64,000 bases of DNA from Comamonadaceae bacterium (lineage in GTDB: Bacteria; Pseudomonadota; Gammaproteobacteria; Burkholderiales; Burkholderiaceae_C). Below, piece after piece: positions 7,631 through 17,168 of the stretch (the first letter of the stretch is position 1; the number at the start of each line of letters is the position of its first letter). The translations under genes were made by a program, and so were the position numbers. The notes beneath the pieces were generated by a model, which searched no databases, was not told where the DNA came from, and was given only the letters and a program-made list of their open reading frames with translations. The stretch is taken from NCBI GenBank assembly GCA_027486495.1, contig JAIXOZ010000042.1:10226-74225 (forward strand), written 5' to 3'.

Positions 7631-8884
7631 TTGCTCGCTGGGTCTTTGCCTTTCAAGCCAAACCCTCAAACTCAAACCCAACACCATCCATCCAGCGAGT
7701 CTTGCTTGCACCCCGCGTCCGATTCAAGCCAGAGTTCGCTGCCCGACACCCGCCAAGCGCTGGTGATCGGTGCGGGCTTGTCGGGCTCGGCCGTGGCGCA
7801 CAGCTTGGCCGTGCGCGGCTGGTCGGTCACGGTGCTCGACCAGGCTCCAGCGATCGGGGCTGGCGCATCGGGCCTGCCTGCGGGCTTGGCCGCACCCCAC
7901 GTTTCACCTGACGACAACGTGCTCTCGCGCATCACGCGCCTGGGGGTTCAGGCCACGCTGCAACGCGCCCAGATGCTGCTGCAAAGCGGCACCGATTGGG
8001 CCCTCACGGGCGTTCTGGAACATAACTTGTTGGGCAAACGTCGCCTACCTGCAGACACCCCCGATCAGCACAGCACCCCGGCCAGCGCGGCGCAAATTGC
8101 CGCTGCGGGCCTGCCCCCCGGCACCCCCGCACTTTGGCACGCACAGGCAGGCTGGATTCGGCCCCGGCAGCTAGTAGCGGCGCAACTGCGAACGCCGGGC
8201 GTGCAGGTGCGCTGGGGCCAGCAGGTGCAGGCCATCGAGCGGCACGGCGAAGAATGGGCCGTCACCGATGCCCAAGGCCAAACGCTGGGCCAAGCCCCCT
8301 GGCTGGTGGTGGCCAGCGCCTTTGACAGCCTGGCTTTGCTGCAGCCTCAGCCGGGCTTTGCCGTGCCACTGAACCCTTTGCGCGGGCAAGTGAGCTTTGG
8401 CCATATGGCTGACTTGACGGACGCCCAGCGCCAGCAACTGCCCCCCTTTCCCATCAACGGCCACGGCAGCTTCATCAGTGGCGTGTCCACGCCCGAGGGT
8501 ACGCCGGGCTGGTTCATTGGCTCCACTTTTGAACGCGACTGCACGCAGTCAGCCGTGCGCGCGGAGGACCATCTTGCCAACCGTCTGCGCTTGGCCACCC
8601 TCTTGCCGGCCTTGGGTGACATCATGGTCGACCAATTCGAGCCACAGCGGGTCTGCGGCTGGGCTGGTTTGCGCTGCACCTTACCCAACCGCTTGCCGGC
8701 GGTCGGGCCCATAGACCGCCTGCGCCTGCCTGGACTGTGTCTGAGCACGGGCATGGGCGCCCGCGGCATCAGCCTGGCCGTGCTGTGCGGCGAACTCACC
8801 GCCGCCTGGATGAACCAGGAAGCCCTGCCCGTGCCCGAGGATTTGGCCAAACACCTTGCGGCCGAGCGCTTTGCGTCTGCTTGA
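7631..8884 (+). CDS. FAD-dependent oxidoreductase (DAO family), similar to the C-terminal oxidase domain of MnmC
   Basis: Rossmann motif VIGAGLSGSAVAHSLAVRGWSVTVLD, then GASGLPAGLAAPHVSPDD as in MnmC. The start is uncertain (TTG at 7631). No methyltransferase domain is present. Confidence 0.6.
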   Translation: MLAGSLPFKPNPQTQTQHHPSSESCLHPASDSSQSSLPDTRQALVIGAGLSGSAVAHSLAVRGWSVTVLDQAPAIGAGASGLPAGLAAPHVSPDDNVLSRITRLGVQATLQRAQMLLQSGTDWALTGVLEHNLLGKRRLPADTPDQHSTPASAAQIAAAGLPPGTPALWHAQAGWIRPRQLVAAQLRTPGVQVRWGQQVQAIERHGEEWAVTDAQGQTLGQAPWLVVASAFDSLALLQPQPGFAVPLNPLRGQVSFGHMADLTDAQRQQLPPFPINGHGSFISGVSTPEGTPGWFIGSTFERDCTQSAVRAEDHLANRLRLATLLPALGDIMVDQFEPQRVCGWAGLRCTLPNRLPAVGPIDRLRLPGLCLSTGMGARGISLAVLCGELTAAWMNQEALPVPEDLAKHLAAERFASA

Positions 8885-9113
8885 GGGGCTGGACACCACG
8901 CCGCTGCGGCTTGCATCTGACCGCCTTGGCCATCGTCCTGAACGCACAAAATCGAAATCCATGCAGTTTTCAATTTAATTGAAATTTAACTTTTAAATTA
9001 TCATTTGTAACATTACCCTGTAAAAATAAGAAACTTCATTGAACGTCAGCGCTCATTGCTTCTTCCACTGGCCCAGACTGGTTTGGCCGGCGGCTAACTT
9101 TCCAGGAGTTCTC

Positions 9114-10754
9114 ATGGCCCAGCCGTCTTTTTCTAGGTATTTGCCTTGGCTGGCGACGGCCCCTGCCGCGTTGTTGGCATTGCCCTACTCCATCTGGGGC
9201 AGCGCCGTTTTTGGACTGCTATTTGTGCTGGGCTGCATCGATTACGCCCAAATCCGCCAATCGGTGCGGCGCAACTACCCGCTTACGGGTCGCATCCGAT
9301 ACGGACTGGAATACATCCGACCTGAAATCCGGCAGTATTTTATGGAAGACGATGAGCAAAAACTGCCGTTTTCTCGAAACCAGCGTGACATGGTTTACGC
9401 CCGCTCCAAAGTGCAAAACGACAAGCGCGGCTTTGGCAGCATCAAGGACATGTACAACACGCAAACCGAGTGGATCGCACATTCGATGCAACCGACTCAC
9501 CTGGACCCGTACGGCTTCAGGGTCACGGTGGGCGCACACCAATGTCGGCAGCCTTACGCGCTGTCCTTGCTCAACATTTCCGGCATGAGCTTCGGGGCCT
9601 TGTCGCCCAATGCCGTCAAGGCCCTGAACAAGGGCGCGGCCATGGGGCAATTCGCGCACGACACCGGCGAGGGCAGCATCTCCCGGCACCACCGCGAACC
9701 CGGAGGTGATCTGATTTGGCAGATTGCCTCGGGTTATTTTGGTTGCCGCACACCGGAGGGCCGTTTTGACCCGGCGCGCTTTGCAGCGCAAGCGCTCTCA
9801 CCCCAAGTCAAGATGATTGAGCTGAAACTCTCACAAGGGGCCAAGCCTGGCCATGGCGGCGTCTTGCCCAAGGCCAAAGTCAACGCAGAGATTGCCGAAG
9901 CGCGCGGCGTGCCCATGGGCCAGGACTGCGTGTCCCCGGCCAGACATTCGGCCTTCAGCACGCCGGTGGAGATGCTGGCTTTCATCGCGCAACTGCGCGA
10001 TCTCTCCGGCGGCAAGCCCGTGGGCATCAAGCTGTGTGTGGGCCACCCAGCCGAATGGTTTTCGGTGGTCAAAGCCATGTTGGAAACCGGCCAAACACCC
10101 GACTTCATTGTGGTCGATGGCGCCGAAGGTGGCACGGGCGCTGCACCCATCGAGTTTGCGGACCATGTGGGCATGCCGCTGCGCGATGGGCTGCGCTTGG
10201 TGCACAACAGTTTGGTAGGGGCGGGCTTGCGCGATCGCATCAGGATAGGCGCAGCGGGCAAAGTGATTTCGGCCTTTGACATCGCGCGTTGCCTGGCGCT
10301 GGGAGCCGATTGGTGCAATTCGGCACGGGGTTTCATGTTTGCCCTGGGCTGCATACAGTCCCGCAGCTGCCACACCGACCACTGCCCGACGGGCGTGGCC
10401 ACGCAAGATCCGGTGCGCCAACGCGCCATCGTGGTGACCGACAAGGCCGAGCGGGTGTATTACTTCCATGCCAACACCTTGCACGCACTGGCCGACCTGG
10501 TGGGCGCTGCAGGCCTGAAAAAACCAGGCGACATCACGGCGCAGCACCTGATGGGGCGTAATGCCGAGGGACAGGCCCGGACCCTGGCCTCCAGCATTGA
10601 CACGCTGGCACCCGATCAACTCTTGCGTGAGCCGTCTGAGCCACACACGCTGCCCAGTCCCTTTGCCGAGTTCTGGCACCTCAGCCAGGCGGGACATTGG
10701 GGCGTGCCCGCTGACACTGCCCCCTCACCTGCAAGCCCCCGCTCGCCAGATTGA
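9114..10754 (+). CDS. FMN-binding glutamate synthase family protein (GltB domain-2-like), membrane-anchored
   Basis: N-terminal TM helices, then ISGMSFGALS, LSQGAKPGHGG, VVDGAEGGTGAAP and GKVISAFD motifs. Confidence 0.85.
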   Translation: MAQPSFSRYLPWLATAPAALLALPYSIWGSAVFGLLFVLGCIDYAQIRQSVRRNYPLTGRIRYGLEYIRPEIRQYFMEDDEQKLPFSRNQRDMVYARSKVQNDKRGFGSIKDMYNTQTEWIAHSMQPTHLDPYGFRVTVGAHQCRQPYALSLLNISGMSFGALSPNAVKALNKGAAMGQFAHDTGEGSISRHHREPGGDLIWQIASGYFGCRTPEGRFDPARFAAQALSPQVKMIELKLSQGAKPGHGGVLPKAKVNAEIAEARGVPMGQDCVSPARHSAFSTPVEMLAFIAQLRDLSGGKPVGIKLCVGHPAEWFSVVKAMLETGQTPDFIVVDGAEGGTGAAPIEFADHVGMPLRDGLRLVHNSLVGAGLRDRIRIGAAGKVISAFDIARCLALGADWCNSARGFMFALGCIQSRSCHTDHCPTGVATQDPVRQRAIVVTDKAERVYYFHANTLHALADLVGAAGLKKPGDITAQHLMGRNAEGQARTLASSIDTLAPDQLLREPSEPHTLPSPFAEFWHLSQAGHWGVPADTAPSPASPRSPD

Positions 10755-10934
10755 CGCGGTGAACCTCGACACGTCAAAGCGGTTGTTTTGCTGCCATGCC
10801 CAAACCTTGGAAGCTTTGGCCAAACGGGCCAGCCCATTTGCAGCGTTCTGGAACACCGCAGGGACATGGCATAACACCTGGGTATTGCACTCTTGGTGTT
10901 TAATTTGGGCATATGACTCATTTTAAAAGTTCCC

Positions 10935-12128
10935 ATGCAATCTCGGCTCGATCCTGATGTAGCGCACCGCACCGCCAGCACTTTGCGCCCTGAGCAAGCC
11001 ACTGCTTTGACGCATCTGGCAGATGCCGTTTTGCACGGTGGCGTCCATTTGATGATTTCCGCGCAAGATGAAGCTTCGGCTGAGCGCGCAGGTGCGGCTT
11101 TGGATGCCTGGTGGCGAGCCCTTGCGCCCCATGTGGAGGTGACCCATTTTTCAAGCTCAGCGCCTTTGTCCTGGATCGGCCACATCAACCAAATGGTGGC
11201 AAGGCAAGGACTGGAGCAGGCCATGCAAATCCCATTGACACAGAACAGACCTCTGGAAGTGGGGGTCATCCACGATGCTGAGAAACTGCAGCCGTCAGAC
11301 TTGGCGTTGCTCCAGAATTTGGTTGCTCAAATGCCTGGCTTGGCTATTCGCTGGGTCCTGCTTTGCCAAGCGCAGCCCGGCGATCACCCCCAAACAAAGC
11401 TCACGTCTGGACCCGAAAAAATTCCCCCTGCGCCTTGGGTCAAATGGCACATGAACGAGCCAACACAACAAGCCCTGTACCAACCGGACTTCAAACTGGT
11501 TAAGGCCCCAAACTATCAGGCCATCGGGCCTCGAACGGGTACCGAGCGCAGCCGATTGACCACCCCTGGCTTGGTGATAGGGCTGATCGCCGTTTTGCTT
11601 GTGGCCTTGTATTTCACAACGGCCCACTTTGATCGTCCCATAAAACAAACCACCGTGACACCCCCAGTGTCCGAAGCGCCAACCAAGGTCGAGCTCCCCC
11701 ACGCCGAAGAGCCGGTAGTGGCTGCAGCATCGCTGCCTCAAACCAAGCACGACGAACCTGCCCCCCCCGTCATTGAAACCATCGAACCGCCCAAAACCGA
11801 AACACCTATTCCCGATGTGGCCTTCAGGGGTGCACGCTGGTTGGCCAAGCTTTCGCCCAAGCAGTTCGTGCTGGAGCACGGCCGATTTCAAAACGCCCCT
11901 CAAGCCCAAAGCGTGATCCGCGCCCGAGCCGAATTAAAAAATGCACGGGTGATCATGCTCAGGCCCAACGCGGCCACGGATGAACGCTTTGCAATCATCA
12001 CCGGCCCATTCAAGTCCGAGGAGCGGGCTCAAAATTACAAAGTTCGCGAAAACTTATCCCCCCAAGTACGCGTACTGAGCGTCTCCCGTGTTTTACAAAA
12101 CACGGTGACTGGCCGAACCGCTCCTTGA
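10935..12128 (+). CDS. SPOR domain-containing protein (DamX/ExeA-like N-terminus, one TM, Pro-rich linker, C-terminal SPOR)
   Basis: TM segment LVIGLIAVLLVALYF. C-terminal FVLEHGRFQNAPQAQSVIRA...FAIITGPFKSEERAQNY is typical of SPOR. Confidence 0.75.
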   Translation: MQSRLDPDVAHRTASTLRPEQATALTHLADAVLHGGVHLMISAQDEASAERAGAALDAWWRALAPHVEVTHFSSSAPLSWIGHINQMVARQGLEQAMQIPLTQNRPLEVGVIHDAEKLQPSDLALLQNLVAQMPGLAIRWVLLCQAQPGDHPQTKLTSGPEKIPPAPWVKWHMNEPTQQALYQPDFKLVKAPNYQAIGPRTGTERSRLTTPGLVIGLIAVLLVALYFTTAHFDRPIKQTTVTPPVSEAPTKVELPHAEEPVVAAASLPQTKHDEPAPPVIETIEPPKTETPIPDVAFRGARWLAKLSPKQFVLEHGRFQNAPQAQSVIRARAELKNARVIMLRPNAATDERFAIITGPFKSEERAQNYKVRENLSPQVRVLSVSRVLQNTVTGRTAP

Positions 12129-12134
12129 TCGGTT

Positions 12135-13331
12135 TCACCTCATCGCATCGGCCGGGCGTCTCGCCTTGACATAGGCGTCAGTGGGCAAATAATTTTTGCC
12201 GTCGGCGTAACGCCACTGCACCATGGTGCCCTTGCCGCCACGCTGATCGAGCTTACCCACATACGCGCCCATGGTGGATTGCTGGTCAATGGTGCGGTAC
12301 TCGGCTGGGCCAAAGGGCGTGCTGAACTTCAGGCCACGCATGGCGACCACCAGTTTCTCGTTGTCCAAGCTGCCCGCTTTTTTGATGCCCGCAAAAATCG
12401 ACTGCATGGTGGCGTAACCCACCACCGATCCCAGCTTGGGGTTTTCGTTGAACTTCTTGTAGTAATTGGCCGCAAAGCTGGCGTGCTCTTTGGTGTCGAT
12501 CTGGTCCCAGGGGTAGCCGGTCACGATCCAGCCCTTGGGCGTCTCGTCTTTGAGGACTTCCAGATACTCGGGCTCCCCCGACAGCATGGACACCACCGGC
12601 GTTTTGGGGAACACATTGCGTTGGTTGCCCTCGCGCACCAAACGGGCCAAGTCGGCCCCAAATGTGACGTTAAAAATGGCATCGGGCTTGGCCGCCATGG
12701 TGGCTGTCAGGGTGCTGCCCGGATCGATCTTGCCCTGGGCGGGCCACTGCTCACTCACAAACTCCACATCGGGGCGCTTGGCCTGCAGCAAGGCCTTGAA
12801 GTTGGCCACCGCGCTTTGACCGTATTCGTAATTGGGCGCGATCGTGGCCCAACGCTTGGCAGGCAGCTTGGCCGCTTCCTCCACCAACATGGCCGCTTGC
12901 ATGTAGGTGCTGGCGCGCAGGCGGAAGGTGTAGCGGTTGCCCTTTTCCCAGACGATGGCATCGGTCAAGGGCTCGCTGGCGATGAACAAGCGCTTGTTCT
13001 TTGCAGCATGGTCAGCCAGCGCCAGACCGACGTTAGACAAAAACCCCCCAGCCAAAATGTCCACTTTTTCTTTCGAGCTCAGCTCGATCGCGTGTCTCAA
13101 AGCCTCGTCGGGCTTGCCCGCATCGTCGCGGTCAATGACCACGATCTGGCGACCCAGCAGGCCGCCTTGGGCGTTGATTTCTTCAACGGCCAACTGCCAG
13201 CCTTTTTTGTAGGGCATCGTGAACTGGGGAATGGCCGAATAACTGTTGATCTCCCCAATCTTGATCGGGGTCTGGGCCAAAACAGTGGTGGCGGCTGCGC
13301 TCAGCAAGCCGGTGGCAATCAAGCGTTTCAT
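12135..13331 (-). CDS. ABC transporter substrate-binding protein (Leu/Ile/Val-binding, type 1 periplasmic binding fold)
   Basis: Signal peptide MKRLIATGLLSAAATTVLAQ, then IKIGEINSYS...GGLLGRQIVVIDRDDAGKPDEA. Confidence 0.85.
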   Translation of the reverse strand: MKRLIATGLLSAAATTVLAQTPIKIGEINSYSAIPQFTMPYKKGWQLAVEEINAQGGLLGRQIVVIDRDDAGKPDEALRHAIELSSKEKVDILAGGFLSNVGLALADHAAKNKRLFIASEPLTDAIVWEKGNRYTFRLRASTYMQAAMLVEEAAKLPAKRWATIAPNYEYGQSAVANFKALLQAKRPDVEFVSEQWPAQGKIDPGSTLTATMAAKPDAIFNVTFGADLARLVREGNQRNVFPKTPVVSMLSGEPEYLEVLKDETPKGWIVTGYPWDQIDTKEHASFAANYYKKFNENPKLGSVVGYATMQSIFAGIKKAGSLDNEKLVVAMRGLKFSTPFGPAEYRTIDQQSTMGAYVGKLDQRGGKGTMVQWRYADGKNYLPTDAYVKARRPADAMR

Positions 13332-13475
13332 CGTGAAGTCCTGAATTCAATGGCGAAAAAAATGACTGTAACAGCCACCCCTCAAACTGTCACATTTGAG
13401 ACACCAAAAACCTTGGTCCACGCTTCCCAAAACAAGCCCAAGCCCAGACCCGCCCCAGCCGATAATGAGCAAGCC

Positions 13476-14363
13476 ATGAACGGACGCCAACTCACCCAAC
13501 TTGTTCTTTTGTCGGCCGTTTGGGGCGGCTCGTTTCCGCTCATCCGCGTAGCGGCCCCGGCATTTGGCCCTGTGGCCATGGCTTGCCTGCGTTGCGCCCT
13601 GGCGGCGCTGGTGCTCAGCGCCATCATGCGCTGGACACGCCAAGCCTGGCCCGCCCGAGAACACTGGCGCGCACTCACCGGGCTGGGCATATTGACGCTG
13701 GTCGTGCCCTTTGTTTTGTACAACTGGGCCGGACTGGTTTTGCCGGCCGGGTATTCGGCTGTGCTCAATGCCACCTCCCCCATGTTCGGTGTGTTGGCTG
13801 GGGTGATGTTGGCCCAAGAACGCTTCACGTCCAGCAAATTACTCGGTTGTGTGCTCGGTTTTCTAGGCGTGACCTTGTTGCTGGGCTTAGGGCCCGTGAA
13901 GCCGGGCTTGGACGTGGTTCTGGGCGCCCTGGCCTGTGTGGTGGCTGCGGCCTGTTATGGCTTTGGAGCCATCTTCATGAAACGCGCCACCTTGGCACAC
14001 CATGCGCTGCCCGCCTCGGCTGTGGTGCACCTGACGAGCGCTCTGGTGCTGGTGCCCGCAGCCGCAGCCACCGCCCCCAGCCAGGCAGTGGGCATGCAAG
14101 CCTTGCTGGCTTTGCTGGTGCTGGGCGCGGTCACCTCAGGTTTTACCTACTGGATCAGCATGCGCCTGATGCGCGAGATCCCGGCCAGTGCGGCCACATC
14201 GTCGGCTTTTATGATCCCCTTGTTCGGAGTGACCTGGGGTGCCTTGTTTTTGGGCGAGCCCCTGACCGCAGGCCTGCTGCCCGGGGTACTGCTCATCTTG
14301 CTGGCCACGGCCTTGTTGACCGGTTTCAACCCATTTTGGGTTTTCAAGCGCAAGAACCGCTAA
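13476..14363 (+). CDS. DMT superfamily (EamA) transporter
   Basis: Ten predicted TM helices and two EamA repeats. An alternative ATG lies at 13350. The upstream part of listed ORF 12279..14363 is antisense to the binding-protein gene. Confidence 0.8.
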   Translation: MNGRQLTQLVLLSAVWGGSFPLIRVAAPAFGPVAMACLRCALAALVLSAIMRWTRQAWPAREHWRALTGLGILTLVVPFVLYNWAGLVLPAGYSAVLNATSPMFGVLAGVMLAQERFTSSKLLGCVLGFLGVTLLLGLGPVKPGLDVVLGALACVVAAACYGFGAIFMKRATLAHHALPASAVVHLTSALVLVPAAAATAPSQAVGMQALLALLVLGAVTSGFTYWISMRLMREIPASAATSSAFMIPLFGVTWGALFLGEPLTAGLLPGVLLILLATALLTGFNPFWVFKRKNR

Positions 14364-14498
14364 CCTGGGGACAACGAGGCATCCGCGTAACAAGGGATGA
14401 CCTCGGTGGCCCGCCACCCCCTTCTTATAATCCAAAAGAATATATAACCAACTAAAAAATCGTTTGTTTAGGCATAAAGACGCCTTACAGTCGCCCCC

Positions 14499-14802
14499 AT
14501 GGTTGATTTGGCTTATGTCTTTGCAGGTTTCTTCGTGGGCACCATCGTGGGCTTGACGGGGGTGGGTGCCGGCTCCTTGATGACGCCGCTCTTGAATTTT
14601 CTTCTTTGGCATCAAGCCCTGCATGGCCGTGGGCACCGACTTGCTGTTTGCAGCCATCACCAAACTGGCCAAGCTGCTGGCGGAATCACTCCCCTACATC
14701 ACGTTGGGCTCACGCTTGACCCACCACACGCCCGACCGGGTGATCCGCTCCTTGCTTTCCGTCTTGCTGACCTGGGCAGGCACCAAACTGATTTTGATCT
14801 GA
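14499..14802 (+). pseudogene. Remnant of a TauE/SafE-family sulfite exporter gene (frameshift plus large internal deletion)
   Basis: Frame 0 reads MVDLAYVFAGFFVGTIVGLTGVGAGSLMTPLLNF. The family-typical continuation FGIKPCMAVGTDLLFAAITK... is in frame +1, open from 14596 to the stop at 14800-14802. The switch falls in the T-rich run 14597-14607. The composite is only about 100 aa. Confidence 0.6.
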
Positions 14803-14811
14803 GTTTTTCCT

Positions 14812-16629
14812 ATGTACCAATACACCGAATTTGACAAACAGTTCGTGCGCGCACGCGCCGCACAACACCGCGATCAGCTCGAGCGCTTTCAGGCAGGCCA
14901 ACTGTCAGGCGATGAATTCAAACCCCTGCGCCTGCAAAACGGCTGGTATGTGCAGCGCTACGCGCCCATGCTGCGTGTGGCCGTGCCTTATGGCGAAATC
15001 TCGGCCCCCCAGCTCAAAGTGCTGGCCCAAATTGCCCGAGAGTACGACACGCCCGACGCCGCCTTGCTGGCCGAAGCCCAAGCCACGCAAGACAAAATTG
15101 CAGGCCTGGCCCCCAAGCTGACCACCAACTACGGCCACTTCACCACCCGCCAGAACGTGCAGTTCAACTGGATTCCCCTGTCCAAATCGGCCGACGTGAT
15201 GGACCTTTTGGCCAGCGTGAACCTGCACGGCATCCAGACCAGTGGCAACTGCATCCGCAACACCACCACCGACGAGCTGGCCGGGGTGGCCGTGGACGAA
15301 GTGGTCGATCCTCGCCCCTACGCCGAGCTGATCCGCCAGTGGAGCACGCTGCACCCCGAGTTCGCTTTCTTACCCCGCAAATTCAAGATCGCCATCACGG
15401 GCGCTGCAGAAGACCGTGCTGCCATTGGCTGGCACGACGTGGGCTTGCAGATGGTCAAAAACGCTGCGGGTGAAGTGGGCTTCAAAGTGCTGGTCGGTGG
15501 CGGCATGGGCCGCACGCCCGTGGTGGGCACGCAGATCCGCGAGTTCCTGCCCTGGAACCAAATCATGAATTACCTGGAAGCCGTGATCCGCGTCTACAAC
15601 CGCTGGGGCCGCCGCGACAACCTCTACAAGGCCCGCATCAAAATTTTGGTCAAAGCCGAAGGCCAGCGCTACTTTGACGAAGTCGATGCCGAGTACCAAG
15701 AAATTTTGGTCAAGGACGGTGGCCTGCACACCATCCCACAAGCCGAGTTCGACCGCGTGTCGGCCTGCTTTGCCGCGCCTGCGCTGAACCTGCCTGCAGA
15801 CCAGGGTGAATGGGCCGATGAGTTTGTTGCTAAAGCCGAAGCCGACGTCAGCATCGAAGCGGCCAAGACGCCCGCCTTTGCCCGCTGGATGGCGCAAAAC
15901 GTCAAGCCCCACCAAAACCCCGCTTTGCGTGCCGTGAGCCTGTCCTTCAAGCGCGTGGGCCAGGCACCGGGCGACGCCACCGCCGATCAGCTGGAAGCTG
16001 CCGCCACACTGGTGCAAAAATATTCCGCTGGCGAAGCCCGCGTGACCCACACCCAGAACCTGGTGCTGCCTTGGGTGCGCTTGGACCAGCTGCACGCCGT
16101 GTGGCTCGAAGCCAAAGCCCTGGGCCTGGCCCAGCCCAACATCGGTTTGCTGACCGACATGATCGCCTGCCCCGGTGGCGATTATTGCGCCCTGGCCAAT
16201 GCCCGCTCGCTGCCTTTGGCCGCCGCCATCACCGAGCGCTACCAAGACCTGGACGAGCTGAACGACCTGGGCCACATCGACTTCCACATCAGCGGCTGCA
16301 TCAACTCGTGTGGCCACCACCACTCGGGCCACATTGGCATCCTGGGTGTGGATAAAGATGGCAAGGAGTGGTACCAAGTCACGCTGGGCGGCTCGGACGG
16401 CAAAGACCTGTCGGGGCCCACCGTGGCAGGCAAAGTGGTCGGGCCTTCGTTCTCTTCTTTTGAAGTACCCGACGTGATCGAAGCGATTTTGGACACCTAC
16501 AAGTCACTGCGTACCCGCCAGGGCCACAAGGCCGAAGCTTTCATCGACACCCTGCGCCGCGTGGGGCAAGACCCGTTCAGAGCAGCGGCCAACGCCGCCC
16601 GCCACCCCGCCGAAGCAAGCGCCGCCTGA
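14812..16629 (+). CDS. cysI: Assimilatory sulfite reductase hemoprotein (nitrite/sulfite reductase family)
   Basis: Two NIR_SIR ferredoxin-like repeats. The siroheme/4Fe-4S Cys cluster CPGGDYC...SGCINSCGHHH is present. Confidence 0.9.
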   Translation: MYQYTEFDKQFVRARAAQHRDQLERFQAGQLSGDEFKPLRLQNGWYVQRYAPMLRVAVPYGEISAPQLKVLAQIAREYDTPDAALLAEAQATQDKIAGLAPKLTTNYGHFTTRQNVQFNWIPLSKSADVMDLLASVNLHGIQTSGNCIRNTTTDELAGVAVDEVVDPRPYAELIRQWSTLHPEFAFLPRKFKIAITGAAEDRAAIGWHDVGLQMVKNAAGEVGFKVLVGGGMGRTPVVGTQIREFLPWNQIMNYLEAVIRVYNRWGRRDNLYKARIKILVKAEGQRYFDEVDAEYQEILVKDGGLHTIPQAEFDRVSACFAAPALNLPADQGEWADEFVAKAEADVSIEAAKTPAFARWMAQNVKPHQNPALRAVSLSFKRVGQAPGDATADQLEAAATLVQKYSAGEARVTHTQNLVLPWVRLDQLHAVWLEAKALGLAQPNIGLLTDMIACPGGDYCALANARSLPLAAAITERYQDLDELNDLGHIDFHISGCINSCGHHHSGHIGILGVDKDGKEWYQVTLGGSDGKDLSGPTVAGKVVGPSFSSFEVPDVIEAILDTYKSLRTRQGHKAEAFIDTLRRVGQDPFRAAANAARHPAEASAA

Positions 16630-16721
16630 CACCCTCCATCTACAAGAGTTGGCCCTGCAAACGACAGACCCAAATACAGGCATCGCCATCAAGCTGGCTG
16701 CGACAACACAAGCACACGACC

Positions 16722-17099
16722 ATGAACATCATTTCTGCCCAAGAGCACCACGCGGATGAATCGCCTGCCGTCATCACGCTGGCCAACGACGCCGACCCAC
16801 GCACCCTCGACCTGAAAGGTGTGACTCGCATCGACCTGCAATTCCCCAAATTCACCGATGGCCGCGCCTACAGCCAAGCCTTTTTGCTGCGCCGCCGCCT
16901 TAGGTTTACAGGAGAGTTGCGGGCCACCGGCGACGTGCTGATCGACCAGTTGGTGCAGATGCAACGCACCGGCTTTGACGTGGCCGTGCTGCGAGAAGGC
17001 GTAGACGCCTCTGCTGCCCAACGCCAATTTGAGCGTTTTGCCGGGTTCTACCAAGGCTCGGCGGTGGGCACGCAACCGCACTTTGCCAAAGCCGCCTGA
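16722..17099 (+). CDS. DUF934 protein (sulfite-reduction associated)
   Basis: FPKFTDGRAYSQAFLLRRRLRFTGELRATGDVLIDQL is the DUF934 signature. It sits in the conserved position between cysI and cysH. Confidence 0.85.
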   Translation: MNIISAQEHHADESPAVITLANDADPRTLDLKGVTRIDLQFPKFTDGRAYSQAFLLRRRLRFTGELRATGDVLIDQLVQMQRTGFDVAVLREGVDASAAQRQFERFAGFYQGSAVGTQPHFAKAA

Positions 17100-17168
17100 G
17101 AAGGACCCAGCAGGCGCTTGCCCTGCAAGCGAATGCAAGGAATCGCCAGCAGGCTGGCTCCTACAAAA

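Noticed and set aside
12279-14363. 694-aa ORF, the longest on this stretch
   Set aside because: Its first ~400 codons are antisense to the well-supported substrate-binding protein gene (12135..13331, minus) and have Gly/Arg/His-rich shadow composition. Only the part from 13476 (or 13350) looks like a real EamA transporter.
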